DNA from: Ginglymostoma cirratum
Taxonomy: Eukaryota
Reading direction: 5' to 3'
Length of the DNA stretch: 64,000 nt
Assembly (NCBI GenBank): GCA_024137785.1
Contig: JAHRHZ010000267.1
Coordinates: forward strand, 24,512,065-24,576,064
Part shown: positions 24,743 through 38,441 of the stretch, piece after piece
How positions within the stretch are numbered: position 1 is the first letter of the stretch
Layout: each line of letters opens with the position of its first letter
Position numbers and translations under genes: made by a program
Notes under the pieces: model-generated
The model's database searches: none
Told to the model about the DNA's origin: nothing
What the model saw: the letters and a program-made list of their open reading frames with translations, nothing else

Positions 24743-27700
24743 CAAACATTATATTGGAGAATACAAGGAAATACTGTCTTATCTGGATACAAATTGGGGG
24801 CCCTAGACAATGGTATGTGAGAAAGTGAATGGATAGATGTTGCACCTCCAAGAACATTCAGCGGAAATGAGGAATGAGAGTAGCTGATGAGAGTAATTCG
24901 TTGGGCTAATGAAAGAGTGGATCAGTATGTCATAGAGGGAACAGATAACAAAAGATTCACATACAAAATATTAACTGTTCAATTCTGTGCTCAGCTGCTG
25001 CTGACCTGCTCACTGTGTTCAGCCTTTTGTTTTAATCTCCAACACTGACAGAATTTCTTGAAAGAATTTGTGTGTTATTTGTACAAATTTGCTTTACCTC
25101 TTACCTATAAACATGATAATCTAATTAGTGAATTATCTACTTCTTTCAGTTTAACAATGCTAATAGATTATCTTCATACTGGCAATACATGTGGTTAAAA
25201 GGAATTGGTAATTGGAATCAACGGCAAAGCAGAGGGGAACCCATCTTTTTTTATTTGATCTTCCATAAACATATTGGAGCCTTCAAAGCAAATCTGTATT
25301 TCATGGTCTTGTCAGGCATTGGTGATAAACATTGCTGTGGCCTCCCATGCAATCTGACTGTGCCTGAGGCTAGATTCCATGCAGCTTATTACTGTGATGT
25401 TTACTAACCAGTGAAAAAAGGAATAAACCCGAAAGCAGCCCTAATAAAAAGTCATCATTTGTCTGGCTTTGGCTTGTAGGTCCTGCTCTTCCTCAAATAT
25501 TCCGTTTTCAACAATCGAACACACAACATCCCCTTTTCAAACCTCTGTGAGTTATAAAATATAAATGATAGCACAACACCTCCAACATGCCTTTGTGCTT
25601 TGTAACATTCATGCACTATAGCAGTCTCATTCACTCAGAAGGACCAGATGTTTAGGAAAAATTTATAGGTTTTATTAGGGGCAAAGCACATGAGAGCTTT
25701 ATCTTATTGGCTATACATTTATTACATCTCTCTATCCCAGCATTACTATGCTCCTCTGAACACCCTTCCTGTTCCTCCGCATTTCCTAATACATTGTTTT
25801 GTATCTCCTCCTCCTTTATTGCCTGAAATTTAGATGTAATCAAATTCAATTTCTCCTGGAAGTTCAAAGGAATTGAATTTTACCTTTTCACTCCCTTCAC
25901 ATCTTTTAACCACCTGAACACTCTTAAATATTAGAGTAACAGCAACTAATACTTTCTGATTTCCTCTTCTTTTCAACTTTGGCAGTATCATCAGGCCATG
26001 TCAAGGTTATGGTTCTTTAATTTAAACTAAAATAGAATAAGTGGCTACATAATATGGGATTAACTTTCTTTTAATGAAAACAGTTACAATTTCAAGGCAA
26101 ATATTTTGGAAAACTTTAATTTCTTTAAATATCAACATGTTGACTTGGAGCTCCACATATTCAAATGATAATGACTGTCAACCATGGGCTCTGCATTTAG
26201 TCTTTTGGAGTAATGAAATGTGATGATATCTTATGAATAGAGTATTAGGATGTACAGTCACTCCTCCCTGCATCCAATACCATCCTTTGCTCTCAGATAA
26301 CAATCCTATGGCTGCTGATGCAGCCAACTCAGAACACTTCCCATTTCCAGACAGAAAATATGTACTGAAAGACATGAGAATAAACATTAACTATGGCCAA
26401 AACTCTGGATCAAAGCACATGCAAAAGAAAACAATATCACCTATGGAAAATCATCAAAAAACCAAGAACACTGCATTTTTTACCTAGCTGCCTCAAAATA
26501 GACAGCCACTGATTTAAGAAAGGTAAAATATAATTTGGGTAATAAGAGTAAGGATGAGGTCAAGAATGAATGAATATAACAGTACTATTAGTTTTACCAC
26601 AGTACCACATCTATCAGCCTTCATTCTGATAAACATCTTCCTAAAACAAAACAAAACAAATTATCTTTTGCATTTCTGTAGTTATTGATCAGGCACAAAT
26701 CTTGAGCAAGTTGAAGATAAATTTTTGAAGTCTGTCGAGCAAGGAGTGCTATTGATTCAAATAAGACATCTAAGGATCCCATTTGGAGAACTGTGTGGAT
26801 ATATCAGAGTGATTGACTCGTGTGTTGGCTACTTTTTTGCTTGTTTTCCTGGAACCAGAAGAGATTTTGACAAAACTATCAGAGGCAGGACTTAATTGAT
26901 TATCTGGGTTCATTTCATCTACCAGGAGGAAGAAAAACATGGCCTTGAATAAATCAAAAGGCAAATAGACACAGAAGAGATCAATCCAGGTAAACCAAAC
27001 ACTGACGAAGTTAGAGGTAAGTGTGTAAGCTGCATAAACACAAGGTGGTGGAACTCAGGTATAGATGAGGACTGAAAGGATTTCAATAACTCATTAAAAC
27101 TGAAATTGATTGCTTTATTCCACATTTAGCTCAAGATGGCTTATGGTTGTTTTCAAAGTTATCTTCAGTGTTGACTTTCTGTCTTACTGAATGTTTTTGC
27201 ATATATGCTGCTGTCTTAAAGTGGTACAATTATAATTCCAATTAGAGAAATTGTGCTGAGGTATATTGCATTTTATATGAATGGTGAAATTGATAAATGT
27301 CATATGTGCTTAAAAGCTGTTGATACCGTCTGGTTTGTTGAAAGCATGTGGACCTGTACCTCCAGCTATCCACAATTGCAGAGAATTATTGTTAATGTAT
27401 CGCAGTTTGTGGGATGGATTTGGAATTTACATTGATTGCATTTTTTTCTTGTCTCTTGGAATGTTTTGGCTAGACAAAGACTAATAAGGTGGGAAATTGG
27501 AGAGAATGTATCCAGTGAATGAAAGAAACAGGCTGTTAAGAAGACGACAGGCCAGTTGATTGGTGGTCTCTGACTACTTCCTGTACTACTTAGTATTCAA
27601 AGATGCTGGAGAACACACTCTTGATTTTCTCCATGCACTACTTATTTCCAGCCTCTGATATTTCCCTAATGAAATAGGATAGGACCCCACAGGCAAAATC

Positions 27701-27859
27701 AGGCGTGTTTATATAAAATTCATTTAACCATTTAGCCAACTGTTTAAAGTGCCTAAAGGCACATGCCCTCAAAATTTCTGATTGTAGAATTCTCTATATT
27801 ACATGTCACCTGTGGACCTGTTTGGCGATTGTAAAGGATATTTTGCAATGCTAATATTA

Positions 27860-29110
27860 GAAAAGTTACAGCACAGGAAGAGGCCATTCAGTCCATTGTG
27901 TCTGTGCTAGCTGAATAAACCAAGCTGCACATTTTAAATGCACTTTCCAGCACCCAGGTCTGTAGCCTTGCAGGGGACTGCACTTCAAGTGCAAATTCAA
28001 GTTCCTTTTAATTGAGTTGAAGATTTTCACCACAATCACCAAACCAGGTAGTCAAATCCAGACACCAATTACTGTCTGGGTAAACATGTTTTTCCTCAGT
28101 TCCCCACTAATCCTTCTACCAATTACCTTAAATGTGGAACCCTTGGTAAATGAACTTTCTGCTAGGGAAACAGATTTTCCCTGCGCACTGAATTCAAGCC
28201 ATTCATTGTTTTGTATGCTATGAGTAAATCACCCTTAGCCTCTACTGATGTGAGAAAAAATTACCCTATCCCATTCAATCTTTCCTCATAGCTGCAGTTT
28301 CAAGCCCTGGTAACATTTTTGTAAATCTCCTCTGTACCCAATTTAGAACAACACATCCTTTCTGTAATATATGACAAGAACTGTGCACAGGACATGCACC
28401 ATGGCCTAACCATTGCCTTGTACAATTCCAGTATTACACTGCTGATTCTATATTCAATACCTCCCCCAGTGAAACAAAGCATTGCATATGATTTATTTAT
28501 CCCATATCTACCTGTCCTTCCACCTTCAGTGATCTGTGAACATGCATTCCAAGATCTCACACTTCCTCTACATCTCTTGATACCCTTCCATTTATTGTGT
28601 AGCCTCTTGCTTTGTTTACCCTCACCAACTGAATAGCCTCATACACCTTTGGATTGAATTCCATTTGTCATTTTCCACCCATTCATGCCATGCTCTTCAC
28701 TATTGACACCTGGCCATTTTTTGTGTCATCTGCAAATTTCTCAATCGTGCCTCCTGCATTTGATTCTGAAATCATTAATATAAAGCAGAAACTATAAGAG
28801 TCCTAAAGCTAAGCCCAGTGGAACACCACCAGAAACTGCTTTCCAGTAAGAAAACCAGCTGTAGACTATTACCACTTGTTTCCTGTCAATGAGTCAACTT
28901 TCGATCCCACTCGGCACACTACCCCATGTTCCACAGGCTTTAATTTTCCTTAGCAATTTGCAATTCAGGACTTTGTCAAATGCCTTAGTAAAATCTACGT
29001 CAACAGCATCCATTGCACTACCCACATCAATCCTCATTATTATTTCTTCAGGAATATTCAAGTAAATTAGTGAGACAAAACCTTACCTTACTTAACGTAG
29101 CTGACTATCG
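27860..29110 (-). mobile_element. CR1 LINE, decayed RT to 3' end
   Basis: Reverse-complement tail acagcacaggaagaggccattcag. Minus ORF GIEYRISSVILELYKAMVRP. DAVDVDFTKAFDKV at ~28970-29011. Confidence 0.85.
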
Positions 29111-29299
29111 CAATCTGCTCAGTCTCTTGCCACTGACTACTTTTAATACTCCCCAACGAGCTTCCAGCTCAGAGGTGAGAGTGCTACTACTATATCATAT
29201 TTATAAACTTACTGTCATCCAGGATTGTACTAACCTTCCAAAAGAACATCATCACATTCTGCCTGTTTCATTCACACAAAGATTTTAAAATTTACAATG

Positions 29300-30270
29300 G
29301 GAAAGAAGGTTCTTGAACACATTCTGGTTGTTCTAGCTCTTTGTGAGACCAATCCAAAACTAACCTGAATATCCTATCCTCTATCCATAACTTTCTATGT
29401 TCTTCTGCTTCAAATATTTTTACAGTTTTATATTAAAAATAAGATGTATCTACCTGTAGCAAAGTGCTCCATCTTCCAACAAGAGCCAGAGAGAGGTATT
29501 AAATTTAGTTATCACTGAAGGAACAATTATGTTTTTTTGCATGAAGTAATTTCTGCAAACTAATCTTCTTTTCATGGTCAGAGGAAATAGATCTTCACTA
29601 TTAACCCTAAAAATATTCAAACATTAAGAATGTTAATTAAATTCCTTGTTAGTTTTTCCACTCTACTGGCACCAGTCCCAACATCACAAATGTGCTGTAA
29701 CTAAAATTTCCTTTTCCTATTATCATGGCAGTGGTTTAATGCTACCTACTCTCTATGACTTTAACATTCTTGATTTAATGAGATACTAAAAAGTACATTC
29801 AGAACTTTATCATTGCGTGTACAAACTTGTCTTATTCACTTTGGCCATATACACTGTGTCCATTTATTTAAAACTCAAAATAAATGTTGACTATTCACTT
29901 AAATTTGTATTTTCAAGGAATGTTATATTAAACTTCTAAATTGGTTGGTTCACCAACCTCATAATGTCTTTCCACTGAGTACCTATATTCTTTCCTTATT
30001 TTTCTCACAAAAAGTGTTATGGCATACACAGCTTAGTCATAGCACCATTTTGTTTTCTAGACCTAATAGAAGCAAAGAATCATAATTATTACTTGTGTAA
30101 TAATTAAACCAAAAAGACATCAAACTGCAGCTTTTCCCACAATGAAATTGCCTTGAAACAAATAAGGTCACTTCAAAAGACTCTTGCAAACACTTACTCT
30201 CATTTCTGCCAATCAGAATATTTAAATTCAACAAATTCGCAACACTTTTGCACAATACTACAAATGTTAG
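29300..30270 (-). mobile_element. Very old CR1 relic
   Basis: Decayed tail and body similarity to the adjacent CR1; AT-eroded. Confidence 0.4.
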
Positions 30271-30554
30271 CACTTGATACTTGCGCTAACATCTTGTAAA
30301 ACTACTTTCAAGTAAATCATTTATTGAAATAGAGACTTGAAGAATATTGAAAGAAACATGATATTGAGCACATCAGGATTATCAAAAATAACATTTAAAT
30401 GAGGCAAGGCATAAAGAATTGTGAAAATAGAAATGCTCATCCTAAACTTCAGGCAATTTGTGGAATAACTAAACAATTTTAAACAAATGTTCTGTTTTAC
30501 CTGCTGCCTCTTACAATGGGGTGTAAGAATTTCATTAAACAACCAGTTTAAAGA

Positions 30555-30830
30555 TTTTTTTTAAAGGGATGTGCATGTCATTTGCTGTCTATCCCTAATT
30601 GCCTTAAATTGTGTGCCTTGCTTAGCTATTTCAGATGCCAGTTAAAAGCCAACCGCATTGCTGTGTGCCTTGAGTCACATGTAGGCCAGACCAGGTAGAT
30701 TGCTTGGCTACCGAGGCTAGATTTATATTCCAGATTTCTAAACTGAATTTACATCTTACCAGATGCAGTGGTAGGATTTGAACCTGTGTTCATAGGACAT
30801 TAATCTGTACCTCTGGATAAATATGCCAAG
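30555..30830 (-). mobile_element. tRNA SINE sharing its tail with the second CR1/L2-group LINE
   Basis: ggatttgaacc (reverse-complement B box GGTTCAAATCC), body gagtcacatgtaggccagaccagg, reverse-complement tail gggatgtg...atccctaattgcc. Confidence 0.7.
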
Positions 30831-30867
30831 GGCATCTTTGTTCCAATTGTTGCTTCTCCATATGATC

Positions 30868-31078
30868 TCCATAGTCTTATTGGACCATAGGCCACTCCTT
30901 CACTAAAGGGAGACAACTGGTAGTAGCTTAACTTGAGGGTCATCGTATTTCTTGCAAGGGGAGAAGTTGAGAAAGAGAGTTCTTAATGGTAAACTTAACT
31001 GGTGCAGGAACTGAACCCACACTGTTAGCATAACTCTGTATTACAAACCAGGCATCCAGACAACTAAGCTAATCAGCT
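30868..31078 (-). mobile_element. tRNA SINE, same family as 12506-12737
   Basis: Colinear reverse complement of the 12506 element (caactgg..ag..ttaacttgagggtca...gttgagaa...ggaactgaaccc...caaaccag...caactaagcta). Confidence 0.75.
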
Positions 31079-31589
31079 CACCCCATTCATATTCAGTTTT
31101 CCAGTATATCACCTGTTGAATAGAAAATATTAAAGTCAGAGCAGGTACCTGGTGACTCCGTCATGCTGCCTGCTTCTCTGGCCTATTATCTTGGATGCAA
31201 CGAACATCACCCAGGACACACTGCACACAGCCTTCATCGATGAGTCCTCGCTTCAGACACTAACCAGCTTTACTGTATAGCATATTGCTGATCCATTTAC
31301 AACACACTTTTACACTTTACTGCCTCATTTTGAGGGCACTGGAGGCAACCAATGCATCCTCTGAGAGACCTGATGCTTCTTGCTCAGAAGTGGAGAAGGA
31401 GATATCTTGTGGGCTATCTCTTGAAAGCAGAGACTGTGCAGATTTTATTGATGTTGGCAGAAGACAAGAGACAATCACATGTGAAACAGGGGTCCAAGTT
31501 TGCGCATTCACTTGGGGTAATGGGAGAATAGTGTATTAATGGACAATGATTCTTACTTAATTGCTAGGACATAGAGGTTTTGGCATCAC

Positions 31590-32130
31590 CACAGGAAGAG
31601 ACAAGAGATATCACGAAAAAGGGCAAGGAGCCTCTCCTCAGAAGGGTTGAGATGCCAAATGTCACACACTCCACCTGGCTCTTTCCTCCCTATTGTGGGC
31701 CATTTTGCCCTGAAAATGATACAAAGGGAGGGAATGAGTGAGATGAAAACGGTTGGCATCACTGGTAATGTGGTCTGAGGTGGAGGAAAGGTAGTAATGT
31801 GCCCCAAGGGCTTGAATAAGCAGAGGAGAGTTAGTACAGGGTTAGTAGTATGGGGCTGGGGTGGGTGAAAGTGAATGAGGGAAGATGTCGTATATAACAG
31901 TGAGAATGGTAGACCATGAGTCTTGATAAAATGTTGCAATGTAGCAGAGAAAGTGAGAGGTAGCAAAGAGAAGATGGTACCACTTAGCCTTGCAGACTGC
32001 AAAAGGTCATTGTCCATTTTGCCGAACATTAGTGTTTACCTCCCGACCGTGGAAACAGCACTGTTTCGGATGGTAACATCGGCCAGGCTGGATCTTCTCT
32101 GCCACTCCTGATGAAAAGGATGACATTCCT
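31590..32130 (-). pseudogene. PIF/Harbinger Myb/SANT-like (NAIF1/MSANTD-type) ORF relic with an intron
   Basis: Exon ...KMDNDLLQSAR ends at 31988 with donor ctaagt (mutated gtaagt). Acceptor ttttcag at 31710 gives GKMAHNREERAR, then after a frameshift GGVCDIWHLNPSEERLLAL (the KTGGG-type segment). Confidence 0.65.
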
Positions 32131-33202
32131 TTTTACTATTCAATCCACCAGGGCTTCCAAATCCCTGTCACAAAGGCAAGGCCAATTTATCTTTGTCCTT
32201 ATATCCAGGGCAATTCAGAGGAACCATATAGGACTGTTATGGATGCTCAGTGCTTGACCTCGTGTACAAATATGGTGCCTGTGTCAGGAATCCTAGCAAG
32301 CCCTGGCAGATGCAGAACTTTTGCCTATAGGGCAAAAGGAGGGAGAGGAGGGATATGACAGGTTGGGCATCAGAGAACGGTGGTATATAGCTAATGAAGC
32401 AAGTTTTATGAAATAGCATGGGAAATCTCATAAAGAATCATGCAGGGAACTCCCCCACCCATGATTTTTTTCAAAATTGAGACCTAGCCAATTTCTGGTA
32501 AATATCAGCCCAATGATTGACTGAAATGACTGGTCTAGAATCTATTCATTTCTGTAGTTTATATTCAGAGTAGGCTGGCCCAGGATCTGCACTCCCCTGT
32601 ATATGCAACTCACAGAGAAAGTTCACTTTTTACCTTTCCCTCTATTCCATGGAAAAGGGTATACCAAGACCATTCTACAAACAGTACGCTAAACAAAAAA
32701 AATCTACAAAAGGTACAAAAACATGGAAATCACTGAGAGAAATTATGATATTGTTACAAATACACTTCATATTTACTATTTCATATTTCTTGGAGGACTT
32801 GATTTTTGAAAAATTGTGAAGAAAATTGTTTTGTTTCAAGTTTTCCCTGAGGTGGTGTCTTTATCAGAGGTCATTGAAAGAGCACTGCGGACATAGGAAT
32901 TTTATTTTTCACAAAACCTCCTAGAAATCACTTGACTAGCGATTGCTACTTTCTTTGCTGCAGACTCCTGCAACGGCTGTTTGAATGATGCTTTGTTGGA
33001 GAGTGATTTGGTATTTGGTCTTCATTGGAGGGACAGGAACTCTACGAAGAAGGGCTGCAGACTGATTTCTCACATTTATGAAAATAAGACCCATTTGCTA
33101 AATCCAGAGTGAAACTTGTTTGTTCTTCTGAAAGAATGAATTTCCAACATTGCATTTCATGAGCAAGATTTATCTGGAAGACTCCACAGCCATCTATGCG
33201 TA

Positions 33203-33300
33203 GTTCTGAGGAAGGGTCACTGGACCAGAAAAGTTAGCTCTGATTTTTTTCTCCACAGATGCTGCGAGATCTGCTGAGCTTTTCCAGCAACTTTGTTTAT
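33203..33300 (+). mobile_element. Penelope-like pLTR with a degenerate hammerhead core
   Basis: CTGAGGA-agggtc-actg-gacca-GAAA at 33206-33231, then ...cacagatgctgc...ctgctgagcttttccagcaa. Confidence 0.7.
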
Positions 33301-35339
33301 GTGTAATTGGTGATTTGATCACATGTGCCAAAACATCGGAGGGACACACTTTGGAACACTCTACATTTTATCCTTTTGCTTTCAAGAACAATTCATTGGT
33401 CAAAGTGTTTTTTTCACAGACAGCCAATCTCTGCAGAAAAATCCGTTTGTCCTTCACTTTTGCTGAAGAAGTGTTTATGTGTATCTGTGTGTTCTGGGGA
33501 CAATTGGATGGATGATCATTTATATTTCTGTATTACTGACTGTGATGATAACTAATTATTGCATCTTCATTTAAAGCTTTTGTTTTGTTAATGAACCAAT
33601 AATTATATTATTAATAAATTTGTTGATGGAATTTTTATTTAAAACTTTATACAGTCAAGACGTTTAATTGCCCATGTTGCTGGCTGAAATAGGTATTTTT
33701 GTTTTTTTATTCCAAACAATCAGATAGTGAGACCTTAACAACAGTCTGCTTATCCAGCCTCAGTTTTAATAAATTCCCTCTATTTTAATGTATTTAAGTA
33801 AATGTGTAAATACCTCAATTGAAATAACTCGAGATGAATTCGATACAAATGCATGTGATAATGTCGCCCTTGGTAAATTCGGATTTAAAGAATGCCACCT
33901 CTGATATGTTAAGCTGCGGGTAAATAACAATGTTGGTAACAATCAAAGTCAATCATGGTCCTGTATTAATTAATCTTTAGACCTAATTTTACAGACTTGT
34001 TTTTGTGAGATGTCAGTCACTGAATAAAGCAAAACTGTGATCAAAAAATATTCTGAACAATTCTTGCTTTTCTTATCTAAAGGGCCAATAAAAGTGCACA
34101 CTCTCGTCATTTACTCTATTAAAAAGTCAAATGCTAGTGATGTTAGGATATACAGTAAAATAGCAGATTGATTTACAATACGAGCAAACTACACAGAAAT
34201 CTTACAGCCAGAGATTCTATGTGGCCTATTATGATGATTATGCTACTAGAATTTACCTTGACCGCAACTGATTGCTGAGATCCCAACTATATTTGTTCCG
34301 ATTTCCTAAGATATAATGGACACTCAAATTTTAGCTGTAACTCATCTAACCTCCAGCCTCCCTAATACATTCACTCTTGCCACAATCTGTCTCCTAATAA
34401 CCTGTCAACACTGAAGTAGCACAAATGCTCTCACTTGACATAAAATCTGCTTGGCAAGGAAGAAAAGTCTTCCATGATGAAATCCTTTCAAAGTGAAACT
34501 AAAGCAGGGTCCCTTGAGCTTATGTCTGCAATGGCATTATCGGTTTATTGCTTTCAGAATCTCACCATTGCATTTTCCAAGCATGATGCAAATGAATTAG
34601 TGTTTAATAAAAAAATTCTTCTGGACTGACTTCATTCTGATATATATCTCTTCAGAACCAGCCCACTCTGTGGTGGGACAGATTAGTCATCAATCGCATT
34701 GCACCCTGACCAAAATCAGATGAAAGAGACAATCCTGATAAATAGCCCTGTGTCTGAATTCTTATTAATTAGTGCATCAGGATTCATTCTGGATGCATTG
34801 GTTCGAGTGAATTTTTTAAATTAAATATTTATCATGCAAAATTTTGTAAATGTAGCTGCTTATGAATATTTTATTTGTAATTATTCATTTTTGTGTATTG
34901 CCTCTACTTTGAGTATTCTGACAAAGCATTTAAACATTGTTGAGGTATGTAACATGTTACATGGAATTTTTTATGTTAGATATCCTTGTTAGAAAGAACT
35001 GGAAGGCAGATTAAAAGAAAACGATAAAGCGTGGTGAATCAGAATCAAATATACAGTGTTTTGAATTCTCCTCCCATTGATGGTGTTGTACCAGGGTGGT
35101 CCCCATGACTGTCACTGTAAAACAGCCACAAACCTAGCAGACTCTTCAATCCTCATTTCCTTTCCTTAGTATCCATGCAGCACAATTTGATGTCTAGAAA
35201 ACCGACTGTCACAATATGAAAATATAATTCTTGTGCAGCTGGTTAAAGGCACCATCATTTTCAACATGATAGTAGGAGGAGCAACAGTCTTACAAAAAGT
35301 GTTAATTTACGTTGTGACTTCCAAGAGCTTAAAAAATCT

Positions 35340-35580
35340 GTACGTGCTTTAATGCCAGGATAAGTACCTTTGAAGTGTAGCCACTAACGTAATAGAGAAA
35401 ATGTAGCAGCCAATATGGCACAGCAGAAACATCACAAATGTCTGCGATGTAATGTTGATCAAGGGTAAATACTGGCTGCAACACTGGAATTAACTCTCCT
35501 GTTCTTCAGTCTTGGAATCTTTTACATCCACTTCAGAGGGTAGATGGAAACTTGGTTTAATGTCTCACCTGAAAGACGGT
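35340..35580 (-). mobile_element. SacSINE1/DeuSINE-type SINE including part of the Deu domain
   Basis: gaagtgtagccact...gcagccaat...tcttttacatccac...ggtttaatgtctcacctgaaagacgg. Confidence 0.7.
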
Positions 35581-35763
35581 GGGCTGAATTTTCCAAATCC
35601 ACGCTAAGGACTTATAAGGCCAGGCAGGGGAATTTAATGGAGTGGGAGTCAAAATTTCTGTTTCCTGATATTAAATTGAATTTTTGCAATGAAGTTTTCA
35701 GAATGCTTCAGGTGGGTCAGTGTCAGTTTTGCTTTCACCAAATTGTCATGACTGCTCATTGAC

Positions 35764-35870
35764 AGGGGTTCTTGTGACATGTTGGTAGTGTCATTACTTC
35801 TGAGCAAGGAGGCCTGGGTTCAAGTCCCACTTGCTCCATTACTGGAAAGGTTGATTAGGAAAATACCTGA
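35764..35870 (+). mobile_element. Short tRNA-derived SINE
   Basis: A-box-like tgacatgttgg, B box GGTTCAAGTCC, tail ggttgattaggaaaatac. Confidence 0.65.
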
Positions 35871-36909
35871 ATACTCATCAACACCCAAATTTGCTGGAAC
35901 CACATTCACAGGCACAATTTTGTTAGCCAAAAATGGGAAACATATGTTCACAATCCTGACTAGATATACAACAGAGTATCTAGCAAGGTAGCCCATTTCC
36001 GCCCAGTACCAATGAGTAAGCCATGAACCTACTACTTTGTTTCTTCAGAAACAGGAGGTTTCATTATGAAAAAAGCCTCCTGTGTTAATGCTGAAGGGTC
36101 TCAATGTTCAACAGCTCATTAAAAAACGCACAAGCAAGGTCAGTCAGACTTCTTGCAACAGGATTATTCCACTATTAGGGCTGTAGGTAGATCAGACCAA
36201 TAGCCTGCCCGTGTAAGACAACCGAAGTGGCATATTAAAGTAAATCTGACCTGAGCACGCAAACATGACTAAACTTTAAAATGCGATTAAACTAAATTAA
36301 CCTAAATGGTTGTGCTACCTTAATGTGGCACCAGTAAAAGAATTCACAGAAGAGTAGACTGAATGCAAAAGAAGAGAAGGTAAAACAATATGAAGGATAT
36401 GAAAGTTGGAAGAATCCTGGGCAATGGAGGCAGCAAACTGGGATCGAAAGTCGGGGGTGGGGGGTGGGAAACGGTGTCAAAGTAATTGTAGCAGTGGGTA
36501 CAACAAAGGGTGGGAGCTGGAAAATAAGTGAGATACACACTGAGATTATGTAGTGTACTGGGGAGAAAGAAAGCTGTGAACTGAATAAGGGATGTTGTAA
36601 GGATGAAGCTGCTCATTGGCATCTCTGTGAGTGTGGGATCAGAAGGAAGAGCAGGAATACCATCTGAAATAGTAAGAGATACGCAGAGGGTGACTTCGAA
36701 GAAAGACAGAATTCAGGCCACCTGCAGTAATGGGGTCAAAATTGTGCTAAAAAGTGGAGAATAGTGGGGGGAAATAAACAAAAGTGAAGTTTACCACAAC
36801 TATGTTGTACAAAATTCAGTTCCAAAAACCTGAGTCTGAGAATGCACAGCACAAAAGGGAAGGTCCCAGAGGTGATTGCACATGAAGAAAGCAAACACAT
36901 TCTAAGAGA

Positions 36910-36981
36910 AACGAGATAACAGGTGTAGAGCTGGATGAACACAGCAAGCCGAGCAGCATCAGAGGAGCAGGAAAGCTGGCG
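36910..36981 (-). mobile_element. Penelope-like pLTR micro-insertion
   Basis: 72-bp pLTR segment with 7-bp TSD TAAGAGA at 36903-36909 and 36982-36988. Confidence 0.8.
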
Positions 36982-37049
36982 TAAGAGATGCCATACAAAC
37001 AGAAACTGGAAATATAGTTTGTGTCAGCTCTGTTTAAATGACAGAAACA

Positions 37050-37271
37050 AAACTAAGAACTGAATGCTGGAAATCTGAAACCAAAAATCAGAAATTGCTG
37101 GAGAAAATCAGCAAGTCTAGCAGTATTTGAGCAGAGAAAGCAGAGTTAACATTTCAACTTCAGTGATTCTTCTTCAGAACTAATATCATTGGACTCGAAA
37201 TGGTAACTCTGTTTTCTCTTCACAGATGCTGTCAGGCCTGCTGCATTTCTCCAGCAATTTCTGTTCTTGTT
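37050..37271. mobile_element. Older inverted pair of Penelope-like pLTRs (fold-back)
   Basis: cagaaattgctggagaaa...cagagttaacatttc versus gaaatggtaactctg...tttctccagcaatttctg. The minus arm carries a CTGAAGA...GAAA remnant at ~37152-37178. Confidence 0.75.
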
Positions 37272-37899
37272 ACTACCTTAACGACATTAAAGACAAAGAT
37301 AAGTTATAAAAATTACAAACCATTACTTCCCCACCTTATTCTGTCAATCAATAACCTTTCATAAGAAGTGAAGCTGAGATCCACTCTCAGTGATAATGGT
37401 TGTGTTAATGTACAGTCAGCCTTGCAGAACCAATCACACGTCCCTGCACGTGAAAGTTATTAACTTTGCAATGAAGCCGTTATGCTTTCTGATTCTTTCA
37501 AAGTGTAAGGGTCGCATCACAGAAGGTAATGAAGGACAAATAGCTTCACTTTGTGCTATTTCACACATGCATGCAAAGTAACATCAGGAACCTGAGAGTT
37601 GTGCAGAATGTGAGCACAAAATGGCACAAAATAGCACAAAGTAAGAACATAAATATCGTGCATGTACAGCATCAGGGAAAGGGAGAACCAGTCGTGGGTT
37701 CTGAAGATTGTACCTGACTCTGTACAGTAGGCATTTCAATGGGTTTTCACCCAGGATAAGAGCATCCTGATCACGGCTCTAAGTTATCGTGATGAGATGC
37801 CAAATGCAAGGCATTCATCTGATTCCTGCAATAATTCTCAGGTCAGTCATTCCACATCAGAAATGGAAACTACTGAACCCAGCAGATACCTTTACGCCC

Positions 37900-38380
37900 A
37901 GACAGCCAAATTGATGAGATATGTCACATGCAAGGAGCACTAAGAGCTCCATAGTATCAGCCAGTTAGATTCCTAACAATGAAGTGCTTTCACTCCTACA
38001 ATGTCCAGCTTGCTTGTGACCACAGGCAATAATTCCTGCAGATGTATACTCACTATCCAGGGAGCTGTCACAATGTTCACATTCTACACAACTTCCAGGT
38101 TCCTCAAATGTTATGCCTCCAATATCATCTCAAAATCTCGCCCATGGGTGGCAAGGGGTAGCCCCACAATCACAGCTGATGACCCCATTGTGCCACCGTC
38201 AGATCAATGGGAAACAGTGATACAATGCAGCACATGCTAGGGCCAGCATTGAACAGACAACTGGTCTTCGGAAGCTCCAATTCCATTGCCTAGGCCACTC
38301 AGGCGGAGCACTCTCGTATTTGCTGGACAGGATCTCTAGAACAGTCATTATTTGCTGCATGCCACATGGTTCATTGGTGG
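37900..38380 (+). pseudogene. PIF/Harbinger DDE transposase relic (HARBI1-like)
   Basis: From 37988: FHSYNVQLACDHRQ*FLQMYTHYPGSCHNVHIL; later G.KG..P, and ASIEQTTGLRKLQFHCLGHSGGAL...ICCM. Confidence 0.85.
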
Positions 38381-38441
38381 GATGAGAATTTAGAGGAGGG
38401 GTGGGATGGAGCAGCCAACTATCTCCTCAGATAAGCAAAGT

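Noticed and set aside
35764-35870. Possible tRNA gene
   Set aside because: A/B boxes are present but there is no intact cloverleaf; it is a SINE head.
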